A stretch of 64,000 nucleotides of DNA, taken from Lama glama. Taxonomy: Eukaryota. Made by a program: the position numbers and the translations under genes. Location: the NCBI GenBank assembly GCA_028534125.1, contig CM052817.1:45944001-46008000 (forward strand), given 5' to 3'. Positions within the stretch are counted from its first letter, which is position 1; every line of letters begins with the position of its first letter. Below are positions 47,911-61,170 of this stretch, piece by piece. Below the pieces are notes generated by a model, which ran no database searches, was not told where the DNA came from, and worked only from the letters and a program-made list of their open reading frames with translations.

Positions 47911-50539
47911 ATTGACCCATATGTTCCCCATTCTGATTCTGAATGAGTTGTATGGTAAATGTGTACTTTTTTCTTTTTCTTTCATTTTTTCCCTTTTTTG
48001 TCCTGATAGGTTATTATTAAATGGATTCTGGTCTGTTTCATCTATGGAATCTTGGCACTGAGGAAATTAATTAATTAGAAGGTTCTTAGGGATTTTGGCA
48101 AGCATAGCTATGAAATGCCAGAAACTACTGTAGTGGGAACACAGTAGACACCTGGCAAGGGTTCCAAAACCTTATCTCATTCTACCAAGAGCTTGAAAAG
48201 GCAGGATACAAAATGAAGAAAACTGACTTTAAGAGCTAAGTTAATGACCCAATGGATTGAAACAGAAAAATATCAAATCATATGATGCAAGCTAATCAGA
48301 AGGTAGGTAGCCTGTTCATCTCAGGAAATAGGTTAAGCAGAGCGACAGAGATAAATATTGGCAGTGCCCGTCTAAACCCCTCCCAGGGTGACTGGGGCTC
48401 TTGATTCGTGATCTTAGAGAAGCACAGCCTCGCTGACATGGCCATGGTTGTTGTGAAGACGAATTCACCAGGTCATTTTTAGTATGATGAGCTTAAAACA
48501 GCCAAGCTTACCAAGCTGCAAATTCTAATTTGGCTTTCCTAGGAACCTAGTCCATTCGTTGGGTAGAATGACACTGTGAAAGAAAGGTTCTTATTTAAAT
48601 TAATGCTATCACACTCACTCTTGCTTTTGGTTTTCTGGTAAAATTAGGTCTCTGAGTCTGTGAGGATAGGGATCAGAAGACGATGATGTCCGTTCCCCAA
48701 AACTCCTGCAGACGGATAGCTGGCCTCGGCAGAGCTTCTCTGCCTCATTGCTTGCCTTAGAAAACCTGCCACTGTAACTTAAAACACATAGGTGACAGGT
48801 TTTATTACAGCCCAAAACAACAAAGAAAATATTAAAAACACCCCAAATCTCATCCCACTTCTATGAAGGCCCAGCATAGTAAGTGATTGATTCCAGTTTA
48901 GGAGCTTTTGTTCACTAAAGGATGTGGTCTTTGAGCTGCCCTTTAAATAAGAGAAAATACTATTTCAGACAAAGATGGGGTAAGAACTACACTTCAAGTA
49001 GAAGAAATTGTGCACGTGAAGAAAATCAGAAAAGAATAATCCATGCATTTACAAAGTGAGTCACTGAGTGAATCATTATCCAAATCTAAGGAAAAATGAA
49101 CAATTCAAAGTGTACCTTAAAAAATGCGTCAGTACTAGATTCCATTAATATGTGAGTTTTCCAAATAGAAAGTGACGGTCCATTTTTTGAGAAGAGCACC
49201 ATACTCTAAGATCCAACTGGAATCTGGAAACACAGCTTATCTCAATCCATTTAGAGTATTTCATATCATCAGTGCTATTGTGATTTAAACTGTGGGTGGA
49301 TAGAAAATGATCAATATAGTAAATCAGAATTTTTAGCTTACCCTCTTCTTGGAAGGCGGCATGTTGTTTTCACGTGGTGGGGGTCCAGCATAGTTAGGGC
49401 TGGATAATTAGAAAAAAACAAGGGCCTCCATACCATTTCTGTAGCTGTGATTTCATTTACTAAATGATGTTTTATAATTCTCCTTAGAAAAGGTAACTAC
49501 TGCTAAGTCAAACTAAACCATTTTGGGGGAGGTGAAGGATGATAACAGGAGACATAGGAAAATATTTTACTAATTTCTTGTTATTAAACTACACAAGTGT
49601 AAAAACTAATTTTACTTAATATTCCTAAAAGTGACAGTCGTAGTTTCCTCACTACAAGAAGGTCAAATAAATAAGACATATCCATATGAAAAACTGCAGT
49701 CTGTGTTACTGCATTTGAATTTATGTAAAAGGAAATTTTTTAAAGTTTTTTTTAACTTTAAATTATCAACTATTAAAATAACACTTAGCCAGTTATTGCT
49801 GGGGAACTCTAAACAATAGTCTGGCATTCTACTGCACATACTAATGCAATATTGCAATTACTCACTTGGGTATATATTAAAGCATTGAACTCAGTAACTC
49901 TCTAATCTGTAATCTGTAGATCTTGGTTCTCAAAAAAGTGATATGGAGTAACTTAGATTTTTTTGACTGTTGAAACTAAGCAAATGACAGGTAAATTGTT
50001 TTTATTCTTCTTTAATTGATAAATGACTGTCACCTCTTCCTTGTGAGGTCCCGAAGTCTTTAGGTGAGAGTCTATGTGGTACACACAGACCACCAGGACA
50101 CAAGAGAATCAATAAATAGGAGCGGGAGAGAGGGAGGTAAAAATTTGTTGAGAGTTTATACAGGGAAGATTTTTGAAGCTTTATCTCAATAATAAAACCT
50201 GAATTATTTGAACTCTTTATTGATATGAAAGATGACTTTCTTTCAAGTCATGTGAGTAAAATACACCTGACTGTTTGAGATGTGAGTCCCACCTACTACT
50301 GCATAGAGCATTTGGTGCAGTTTTTCATTAGCATAAAATGAGGCCAGATCCCTCCCCAGCCAAGAGAGGTGCATAATTATACATGGCAGAGGCTAATTTA
50401 ACAGGAAAGTTACTGGAAAAGCAATGTGTCTCAATTCAGTGACATTTACTGAGCCACACAAATTACCTATGTTTCATTACTTTTGAGTAATTAATTTCGA
50501 TGCCCTGCTTGAAGTGTCACACTCCTGTTTAAGTGTATT

Positions 50540-50604
50540 TGTGAGGTGATATCTCTTTGTAGTTTTGGTTTGCATTTCTCTTAACAATTAGTGGTGTTGA
50601 GCAT
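50540..50604 (-). mobile_element. Isolated 65-bp internal L1 ORF2 fragment
   Basis: 'tgtgaggtgatatctctttgtagttttggtttgcatttctcttaacaattagtggtgttgagcat' aligns to L1 copies at about 5387-5450 and 44290-44354. Confidence 0.8.
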
Positions 50605-52151
50605 GAGGCTGCTAAAATGCAGTTTAGCATAAGCCCTCACAAAGATTCCATGAAAAGTTGTTTTGCTTTTAATGTTTAGAGAGTGGAATTTCCTTGTGTA
50701 AAGCTTATGGGGTTATTCAGAGAGCTGGAAAATTGATGGTGATTCCTGTGTGTCAAACATTGTGCAGCTGGCATATGAAATGGGGCTGACGTCTCAATAG
50801 AAACATCTGGAGATAAGAAAATAAAAGGGTATATAACTTGAGATTGGATTTTTTTAACAGAACATGTGAATCACTTCACTTATAAAGTTCTTTTCTTTTC
50901 TTTTTCGATTGGTACCCTTCTGCTGTAGCAAGTGGCAATGATGTAGGAAGTATTACTGTTGAACCCCAACCCCCAACATCAACTCCTGAGATATGAACAA
51001 AAGTCAAAAGAACAAAGGGGAAAAAAAAGGAGATAATGCTATAATGCTTAACTCTCAAGCTTTTTTACTCAGAGTATAAATGGAGAAAGGAAAGCTCAGT
51101 CTAGTTCTATTGAATACTATATGGCCTTAAACAGAGCAAATAGCTAAGTCAACAGTGTGCGTAACTGCTGAATCTTGTTTGTCATCTCTCACTGTCCACA
51201 GCTCAGCTCTTAGATGTCCTGGAAGTGTCCAATCTCCTAATGACTGCTTATGAAGATGATATACATCTTAAGAGTAATGTCCCCATTAAGAGGACTTATT
51301 TTGAAGGTGACTCATTTTTTCGGCCCTTCCTTTCAAAGTCTCATTCTTTCTACATCACATTAGTAAGAGGACGACCCACTTCCCTGGTGACTGGTCTGCA
51401 ATGATCCAACTGTTTTGTTTTCCTCCAGGTAATGTATATTTTAGACCAAATTATAAAATTTGTGGGGGGTTTGGAAATTGTAGAAGCCCAGTAAAGGAGA
51501 TATTTCTAAGCCTTTCAAATCATAACAAATTATGTATATATTAAAACAACTACATAAATAAAAGAACTTTATCTGGGTATTCGGATTGCATGCTTTTGAA
51601 AGGTGTCAAATTTGTTAATCTTTTAAGTAGCATGAAAGGCTGCTGTAAGTTTTTTTTTTTTTAAGTTAGCATAGTACTGTGATTCTCCAGCTGATGGATA
51701 GACTCAAAGTGTAGTTACCTTAATGTATTTTTTAGTCAGTGTTGAATCTCTGCCTAATTTCCATGATTATTGACTCTAAATTCCAATACTAGTTGATATG
51801 GTCTTAGGGAATTTAAGCTAATTTTAATGTTCATTGAAGCAAAACAGAATTATGCAGATATTCTATTGGAAAAAAAACGCCCTTGGTGCATTATAAAACC
51901 AAACTGTGAATTCTAATTGTCATGATTTGGGATTTAATGTGCATCACCACTGGCCTCTATTAGCAGATACTTAAAAACTTCATAGAAAATGAAAACCACA
52001 TGTGTTGTTCACATGAAAATGATACAACGTGTGAGCTTCTGAAATTATAGTGAAGACAACTGGCAACAAATTCAGGTTTGGTGAGCTCACACAAAAAACA
52101 CCATCGCAAGATCATACTTAGAAAGATTTCCCATGTAGAGGATAAAACCCG

Positions 52152-52609
52152 TTAAGCAGGTATTGAATTATGTCTCCCTACAAATTCATATGTTGAAGTC
52201 CCAATCCCTGCTACCTCTGAATGCGGTTTTATTTGGCAATAAGGTCATTCTAGATGTAATGAGTTAAGTTAGGATGAGGTCATACCACAGTAGGTGGGGT
52301 CCCTAATCCAGTATGACTTATAAAGAGTAAAAGTTTGGAGGCAGACACACTCACAAGGCAGAATATACGTGAAGATGAAGGTAGGGATCGGGGTGATAAA
52401 ACCAAAGCTAAGGACTGTCAGAAGCTCCCAGAGAATCACCAGAAGCTAAGAGAGAGGCAGGGACAGATTCTCCCTCGTGGTGCTCAGAGGAAACAGCCCT
52501 ACCATCCTGATTTTGGATTTAGAACTGTGAGGCAATACATTTCCATTGTTTAAATAGAAACTTAACAATTTGTAGTACTTCATTATGGCAGTCCTAGCAA
52601 ACTAATACA
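52152..52609 (+). mobile_element. MLT1C-like MaLR solo LTR
   Basis: 'aaattcatatgttgaagtcccaatccc...ccagaagctaagagagaggcagggacagattctccctc...agaactgtgag...gcaaactaataca'. Confidence 0.9.
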
Positions 52610-53289
52610 GCATGCTTTTGAAATTAAAGACTAACCCCTACATCTTCTGAAAAGAGTGAGACAGTTTTCATCGTCTTCTATGCGTCAGTGTGGCTACCCC
52701 TTTAAATCAGGGGTCTCTATGTGTGCCATGAGGAGTCACGTGACTCTTCTGAGAAGTGTCATGAAATCCAGCTGTTTTCAGGCATGTGTGTTTCTTGTGA
52801 GCTAGAAAATGCAGTAAGGGAAAGTGTTATGTCAATAGCTTCCCGTGTCCTAGGACTAGCGGCCTCTGGCCATAATGCTGAACTTGAACTTGGATGATTT
52901 TTATAGCACAATCCTTCTCTGTGGCTTACAGGCATTTGAATTCAAAATCTTGAACAGGACAAGAATTTTATAAGTATGGGACATGGAGAAGAAGTTGTAT
53001 AATGAGAAATAAATAACAGGCCGGTAAAGTATCTTTACTCTTAACACTGAATTCCAGAAGGCAGCAAGGCAGTTTTTGCATCATTTTACTGGAAAAGGAT
53101 GATGCGATCCTCACATTTAGTGTATAGTAAAATGTTCATACAACTAGAATACAAAGGTATAATGCCAATGAGAAGAAAAAATCGTCTCAAAAAGGTGTTA
53201 ATGCTTGCAGCAGATTGTATTTTCCAATGACACGGGCGACAGTATAGCCTCTTGAATATATGTGGGAATTTGAATTGTGCGTAACCATT

Positions 53290-53722
53290 GAAATGCAAGG
53301 AAAGCGATGCTGTGTGAATCCTGCAGCTAAGTCATGAAAAGTGATACAGCTTCTGCCTCATAACTGGGACACTGGCATTGGAACTCAGAGGCACAATTTC
53401 AGAAGTCTGACTCATTTGACCTGTCCATGCTGTGAGGAAGCCAGGCCACATGGTGAAGACGCTCAGAGGTATTCCAGCTCAGGGTCAGTGGAGAGTTCCC
53501 AACTGAGCTGACAGCATAAACTGCCAGACATGACTTCCGGTGATTCCAGCCCTCGGCCTTGCAGTTTTCCCAGCTGAGGTTCCAGAAATGTGGAGCGGAG
53601 AGAAGTCATCTACACTGTGTCATTTTAAATTCTGAGCCATGGAATTTGTGATCAAATAAAATTGTTATTTTATGATACTAAGTTTTGCAACGGTTTGTTG
53701 TGTAGTGATGGTACCTGGAAGA
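53290..53722 (+). mobile_element. MLT1H-like MaLR LTR
   Basis: 'ccatgctgtgaggaagccaggccacatgg...aactgccagacatg...cccagctgaggttccaga...aataaaattgttattt'. Confidence 0.8.
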
Positions 53723-55134
53723 CTAGCTTGGTGAACATTGCCTCTTGCACAGAAGTCTGGTACATGTGCTTTGAAATGATTCTTTCGCTTTAACCTGCGT
53801 CTTACTGCCAAGCAATATATTATTTAGGAGCTATCTAGCTATTTATTAACCTTGGAGAAAAAAATTCGGATTTATTTTTCCTTCATTTAAAAGGGGTTTC
53901 TACAATTCACTACCCTTGAGGGTCTCTCTCAAAGTCTCACTTTTTAAGATCTAACTCTTCATAGATATCCTCATGTCCTTCGCTTAAGCATCACTTCTTG
54001 CATTTTTACACACATATTATGTGTTATTTACTTACTATTTTGGCATAAAACCTTTCTTTTTAATTTTCTCAGTAATATAACTTAAAATTAGACTTCTGCA
54101 AGCAGACTATTATTAATATTTTTAAGACATCTTATATAATTTTCTCAAGTTTTCTTAATACACTAGTAGTTTAGGATTTTAGGTCTCAGTCTTCACATTG
54201 ATACAACTTGGTTTAATGAAATGGCTTTGTTACTATTAAAGTCTAGAGATGTTAGGGCATTTTTACTAAAAGTGAGTTTGACTGGAACTTAGAACATGAA
54301 ACAGGGTGTTCACATTGGCTTTTCAATTTTTCCCTCATTATTTTAGATGTAGGGCTCTACTATTAGGTAGATTTCCTCCTTAGCGCTTGAGGCATGTGAG
54401 CGCATACTCAACATTTAGGAGATATTAAGAAGAATTTAGATGAAGAGGTTTGTTTTTAAGCTTTGAATTTTCTTAGCTTATGCAAGTATAGTAATTAAAT
54501 AAAATTATCTTTCTTTTTGTAATGAATTTCCTGTCTATAGTGGCATATCTCGTTTATCTTAAAAGTTATACTCACTGTTCAGACTTACATTCTAGGAAGC
54601 CCAGAGGAGTCAATGGTAACTATTAGGGTCATATTTTATTGCTATTTTCAGATAACTCTAGACTTTTATTTCAGTCTCTTTACAGAATACAATGTACTAG
54701 TACAATTACATCATGTTTATGCCATTGGGGGTTCTTGAGAAAAGGTTTTATCTTTCTCACATCAATAGATTCTTCCTCAATAGGAATGGTGATTAGATCA
54801 GAAAAAAATCTCAGTTTCCAGGGGGCCAATGCCTGAACCTGACTAAAATTGTCTGTGAAGATGCTGGGCTTATCAAGGATCTGAGGAGTAGTAGAGGTGG
54901 TCCCATTAAGTAGATAAATCAGCAGACAGTGTGTGCACAGGGATGGGCTGTTTTCTCTGTGCTGTAAGGCCAGTCTGACCTTGTGTGTAGGGCAGGTCTG
55001 CTGACAGGTAGATTTTAATCTCAAGGTGGTAGATTACGGCACATTACATTTGGGTCTCTCACTCTGGTGAGCTCACACTGTTGTTTGTCATAATCTGGTT
55101 TCCTGTCATCTAAGGTTGTGAGATTCATGAGAGG

Positions 55135-55260
55135 TTTATGGACTAGCAGCTTCAGTGTCACATGAGAGCTTGTCAGAAATGCAGAATCCTAGGCCCGTCC
55201 TAGACCTTCTGAATCAGAGCCTGCATCTGAACAAGACCCCCAGGTGACCCCCCCTGCACC
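55135..55260. mobile_element. MER5A hAT-Charlie MITE
   Basis: 'gagcttgtcagaaatgcagaatcctaggccc...agaccttctgaatcagagcctgcatctgaacaagacccccaggtga'. Confidence 0.85.
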
Positions 55261-55904
55261 TGGGGGTAGTAAGGTTTGACTCCCCTGCTTTGAGACAGGG
55301 AGTCTTGGTAACTGGGCGGACACAGCAGAGCATGCTCAGAGTCTATGTGTCCACTCCTAAGTATGTGTGGAGAGAGAACTGATGTGGAATTTTTCAGTCC
55401 TAATTAGTATTTGAGGTTATGACTGTGACAGGTGCTCAATTTATAGGCACATCAGACTAGTAGCCTCACATTTCTAAATAATTAGCAAGTGCCCTTCATT
55501 TTCATTGGTTTAAGAGAAAAAAAAAAGTGTAGTGCTTGAAGAGTTATATGCCAACCAAGAAATAAATATGAAAATATCAAACTCAAGAAAGGGACATTGA
55601 TGCCATGGGAGGGCTGAGTGACTCAGAGGCCAGCTCTTGGAGGAAGAGTAGCGCGTTGTGCCCAGGGTGGGCTGGGGAGCCAGACTAGGCTACAGTCCCT
55701 TCGCTGCTACTCCCGAGGTCCTCTCACAGAGCACGCTCCACTTCACTCTTGAAGCTTCAGGTTGACTGACTTATCTACTGCCTGTCTCCATTCTGAAACA
55801 TAACCTTCGTGAGGAGCGAGAAATTGTCTTTTGTTTTCCATTGTCATAAGCCTTCAGTCCAGAGACTGATATCAATTCAGATTTGTTGAATAAGCAAATT
55901 AAAT

Positions 55905-56090
55905 CTGGCTTCCCGATTATACTTGCTGTACAATCTTGGGCAGTTCAGGTAATGACTGTGAGCCTTAGTTTTCCCATTAGTAAGTTAGCTACGTACTTCA
56001 CTAGGTTATTGGGAGGGCTAAATAAGAGATGTATGTAAGGTCCTTAACATAGTACCTTATATAACGCATATATTCAATTACTTCTAGTTT
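55905..56090 (+). mobile_element. MIR SINE
   Basis: 'cttgctgtacaatcttgggcag...tgagccttagttttccc...ggttattgggagggctaaataagag'. Confidence 0.7.
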
Positions 56091-56109
56091 AAATCTAAGT
56101 ATTCAAATT

Positions 56110-56760
56110 AGTTATGAAACTAAATGAAAAAATGATTCTTCAATAATAAAAGACAGAGTGTAAAAAGATATTTGTGATCCGTATAACCAATATAAAACAT
56201 CCAGAATGTACTGTAACCCTAAATTTAAAAACAAAATAATCAGTTAGCCTAAGAGAAAACCTAAATGGCCAATACACTTATAAAGAGCTGCTTAACTGGT
56301 AACTAGGGAAATGCTAGTTAAAACAATGGGATAATATTTTACACCTATCAGATAGGCAAAAATAAAGCTACAATGCCAAGTATTGGTAACAGTGTAGAAA
56401 ATGCAACTCCTATAATGCTGTTGAGATGAATTAGTCCAACCAGTTTCGAGAGCAATTTAGCAATACCTGGAGATGCTGAGGATTTATAACAACCTTCATC
56501 TTGGCAATTCTTCTGGTAGGTAAGCCCATCCCCTGGAGAAATTCTTGTTCATTTGTAGAAACATATATACAAGAATTCTTTTTGCAGCATTGTTTTTAGA
56601 GTGAAAAACTAGATATAACCTGTGTGTCTATAAATGGGAAATGAATAAAGAGGGACAGTTATTACAATGGAATATTACACAACAATTAAAATCAATTAAC
56701 TAGAAGAATATCAACATGAATGCATATAAAATACATGTCATTAAGCATTCACATATTCTT
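56110..56760 (+). mobile_element. Old L1 (L1ME-like) ORF2 end/3' region
   Basis: 'aaatggccaatacac...agggaaatgctagttaaaacaatgggataatattttacacctatcagataggcaaaaat'. Confidence 0.75.
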
Positions 56761-57439
56761 TAAAAACACACACACATAGAAAACCAGTCTTAACTTCCCT
56801 CTCTATGGGACCAAAATGCCTTGGTCTGGACTTGATTTTACTGAGAATTTTTCATTCATTTGAGAGAGGGGTGAATGAATTTGGGAATTCAGTTCTGAGC
56901 ATTTTCATCTTCTCGCCTGGTCCCACCTACTGGACTGACATTCTTCACTGAGGCTTCGTGGGGTCCTCCAACTCCTGATGAGAAAGGAAGATGCTGCTCC
57001 TTTGGAGGCTGTCGTCACCTCAGTGATGAGTGGAGCCTGGTCTTTCTCTGCATATTCTCTTTAAAACTCTGACATGATCATTGGCAGGAAAAGATATTCA
57101 GCATGTTGGGAAGATGTGGAATTAGATCAGGCTCAACATCTTCCAACAGTCAATCAAAATGTGAGCCAACTAAAGAACTGTGAAAGGTCCAAAGAAATGA
57201 TAAATTGTCACTGTTTTCTGCACAGAGTATTCAGCTAACTGAGTGAACTTTTCTCCAAAATTTAGATGTTGAAACCAATATGTGGTATTTCCTACATGTT
57301 TGAACTGTAGGGATGAAGTTCTCTTTGTCTCAAATGAGGAAGGATAATACCTGTGTAATGTTCATGTTCATTTCCTTGGTGTACACCTGAAATTGGCAAG
57401 TGATTTTAAAAACATTTTTATATTGTATATATTGTAAAT

Positions 57440-57990
57440 GTACATATACAAATTAAAATCCTCATCTCATTAAACTAGGAAAATGAATATTAAAAATCAC
57501 AATACAATATCTCTACAGAACCCCCAGAACAAATAAAAGAGTACTGACAATACCAAGTGCTGGTGAAGATGTGAAGCAGCTGCATCTCTGATACATTTAC
57601 CTGATGGGAGTGTGAAAATAGTTTCAGTCACTTCGGAATACTGCTTGGCAGGATATAAATTTTCCACATACACATACCCTATGACTCAGTAATTAAACTC
57701 CTAAGATTACACAGAGAAGTACTTGCATATTCAAAACAGCATTATTCATAATAGCCCCAAAGTATGAATGAGCCCTATGTCTTTCAACAGCCAATGATAA
57801 ATAGACTGGATACAGTCATAGAGTGGAGTGCAACGTGGCAATGACAAGGGACAGGCCCCAGCTACGTGCAACAACATGGGGAAGCCTCACAACACGATGC
57901 TGAGCAACGGGAGCCAGACACAAAGAATACACACTGTATGATTCCAGCGATATGAAATGTAAGCAGTGACTCTGACTTATGATTTTAAAA
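57440..57990 (+). mobile_element. Old L1 (L1ME/L1MD-like) 3' region
   Basis: 'ctgacaataccaagtgctggtgaagatgtgaagcagctg...gccagacacaaagaatacacactgtatgattcca'. Confidence 0.8.
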
Positions 57991-58314
57991 ACTTAGATTT
58001 TCTTCCATTGTAGTATTTCTGTAATCTTAAAAAAAAACTCTAAAGGTTATCTTGATGAATAAACAGGTAAAGAAGCTAAGAAAAATTTAATATCAATACT
58101 GACAAGGGTTACTTCACTCTATCTGGTTGCAAAATATGTTGTAAATGACAATCATTGAAACAGTTTTGAACTAGGACACAAAACCATAGGGAGTTCAAAG
58201 GAATGGAAAATGTTCCTATGAAAGATGCTAACAGCTATTACATTTCTGTGAAATAATTTACTAATTACAAAGCACTCTCTTCAAATGACATAAGAAGGGC
58301 TATATGAAGTATCA

Positions 58315-58580
58315 TTAAAACACTTTACTGAAGCATATACATTTAGTAAGTTGCACTTGAGGAATTATCATGAACTAAAACACATCCATGTAGGTCAAGA
58401 AATGGCACTCTGGAAGCCCTTTCTCATATCCCTTCCAATCTCTACCCTCTCCCTTCTTCTTAAAACTAGCTACTATCCTGACTTCAACATCATAGATTAG
58501 TTTTGCCTGTTTTTAAACAGTGTATAACTGAAATAATATTGCATATACTATTTTGTGTCTGCTATCTTTCACTTAATATT
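58315..58580 (-). mobile_element. L1ME-type 3' end
   Basis: 'ctactatcctgacttcaacatcatagattagttttgcctgttttt'. Confidence 0.7.
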
Positions 58581-58639
58581 GGGCTTAAAGTATTTTAAAA
58601 ATATCAAGAAAAATGATGTTATTTGCAAATTAAGTTTAT

Positions 58640-59420
58640 TTCACAATGTAATGTACACTAACATTAAGAGCTAGAAGAAAAGCTATTGGAACTTTAAGTG
58701 AGGAAAGATGTTTACAACATAAAATAAATGAAGGTAACCACAAAGGAATAAATTGCTAGAGCTGACTATTGAAATTATATCTACATCAATAATGCTGTAA
58801 AAAGTAAAAGTTGAATGAGCAACTGGGAAAAATATGTACACAAAACATGACAGAAAAACATTAACATGTACTTTATATATAAATAATTTTGATAAATCAA
58901 TTAAAAAGCATATTGCCCCAACAGAAAATTGGACTAAGCCATAAAGACACAAATCATGGATATAAATCAGCATAAGGAGATAACCATCTTGAGTATTTAA
59001 TCAGCAAAAAGGTTTCAATTTGAAGAACTCTATCCTAAGGTAATAATCTAAATTTCACCCAAATATTTACATATAAAGATACTTTATAATACTTAAAACA
59101 ATCTAAATGTTTAAGGCAAATTATCTTATAGGTAATAAAACATTTTTACTTTGAGATACTATTTAGCCATTAAAGTTGTGCTATTAATGTTTGATGATAA
59201 AGAAAAAGTGTTTAGTGTATAATGCACATTACAAAATGAAGAAATTTTAAATATATTTTGTGAATGTGTTCATGTGTGTATGTATTTTTGTAAAGAAATG
59301 TGGATGAAATTGCTTCGGCATGATGGCTCTGTTCGCCTCAGGGCGATTGGTGAATTAGAATGACTTTCAGTTCCTTCAGTCTAATTGTCCAGATTTTCCA
59401 AATTTTCTACGTTGAGTTCT
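58640..59420 (+). mobile_element. Degraded old L1 fragments
   Basis: A-rich sequence with L1 motifs ('gcaactgggaaaatatg', 'ccaacagaaaattggactaag', 'ttttccaaattttctac'). Confidence 0.5.
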
Positions 59421-61034
59421 TTCAATCCTTTTATTTAGTCAAAAAATACATATTCCTCAGGAGCTGTTATGGTTGGAAGACAAAGGTTAGAGAAGAGGAG
59501 ACTGTCTAGGAATCATGACGCAGCGAAGGAGGGGAAAAGGTCAAGTGGAAAGTTTCCAGGTGTCCTGTGTCAGAATCACCACTCGAGCCCAGTGGACAAC
59601 TTCCTTCCATGGATGTGGACTCTGTCTCATTATGTTTCTGTGTTACTCTGCACAAAGTTCAGCTTTACCTGAGCTTTCTTTTCTCTGGATGCTGTGCACA
59701 CACTTGTCACTGAATCCAATTTTTGTCCATGAACACAAGCAAAGAATTAATAGATTTTGTACCAACACAAAAATAAGTGCTGACTGAAGAGGGAATAATT
59801 CTCACGTAATTCACAATAGAACCAGTTTTTACCTCTGCAGTGTTTTCATTGTCTGATAGAACCAGATAATTTTTAGGAAACACTGAAATAAAGTTTTATC
59901 TTAAAACAAGGTAAAGCTAACAACTCTGCTTGTTACCAAAGGAGGAGTTAACGTTTGCCATGGGCTGTTTGTCAGACTTCCACTCACTTTTTTGTACCCA
60001 TCAGGCTTCTCTGGCTCAGATGACTACTGTCCAGTCTGGAACAGAGTGATCTACTCCTTTGTCCAAAGGCTGAAAAAATGCATGTAAAATGTATTTTGCT
60101 CTATTATTACTTTTTTTTTCAAGATGTTTCTGAGAACACTGGGCCTGGTGTAGATTCGGACAGTAGTTTGACCAGAATCCAGCTCATTTGGTAATCAGAC
60201 AGAAAGTACAAGTAATTTCTGGAATCTAATCTGGAAGCGATAAAAGAGTAACTGAGCCACCCAAGGCATAAATGTTGCTGATTCATTTTCGCATATTCTT
60301 ACTCATGCATTTATTGTCCATCTAAGTCAATAAAATAATGATAATACATAAATACACCCCTTATTAGATGCACATCTTCTTTGAAAGTAAATTCTCCACA
60401 CTTTCCAACAACTCTCCTAATGCCTGCTCTTTAAACAAATGCCTCCAGGACCTGATAGTAGACCAGGGGAATATTCTCATTCACTTTCTATTAAATAATT
60501 TTGAAATAAAACCCACTGTGGCCCCAGGGAGGAAGTGTCTCAGCTACGAGTGGGATGCGCGGCCCATTTACTTAGGGAGGCCCAACTGTTCTGCAGCACA
60601 GGCTAGGCATCAGGGTGGTCCCCACTGCCACCCACTTTCCTCCTTTCTTCCTCTTCTACCTGGAGCCTTGAGGCTGTTCGTGTCCTGAGGCTCACGCTGC
60701 TGACCAGCTCTTCCTGTTCTCAGATCTGTTCATCCGACTTTTCTGTGATATTCACTTTGCCACTACAATGCTTTACAAAATTGCGTAGTGAGATGGCATC
60801 CTGGGCCCCATTCTTATGTAGGTACCAACCTGGTAAATATTAAATGTTGCAGAAAATCACCACACTAAATTAAATAAGACAGAGCTCAATTACCTGAATA
60901 CAAATTACCTTAGAGTCTCAGGCTTCTCCTTGCTATCACCTAAATAAAAACAAAATGCAGAAATATTTCTCAGTTTTCCTTGTTCATATTTTCTATACTA
61001 TTTTACATAAGATATGGCTTAAATTTTTTTTTAT

Positions 61035-61170
61035 TCTAACTGTGTTTGGTGATGCATGTTAACTAGACTTACTGTGGTGATTGTTTCAAAATGTATATGA
61101 GGATCAGATCATTGCATTGTGCATCTAAAACTAATATAATATTACAGGCCAACTATGCCTCAATAAAAAA
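61035..61170 (+). mobile_element. Short L1 3' end with probable TSD
   Basis: 'ggtgatgcatgttaactagacttactgtggtgatt...aactatgcctcaataaaaaa'. Flanks ataagatatggct (61007-61019) and ataaggtatggct (61170-61182). Confidence 0.85.

Noticed and set aside
48640..48780. Exon-like frame GSEDDDVRSPKLLQTDSW...
   Set aside because: Bounded by stops, lacks a convincing acceptor for that frame and is not recognised.
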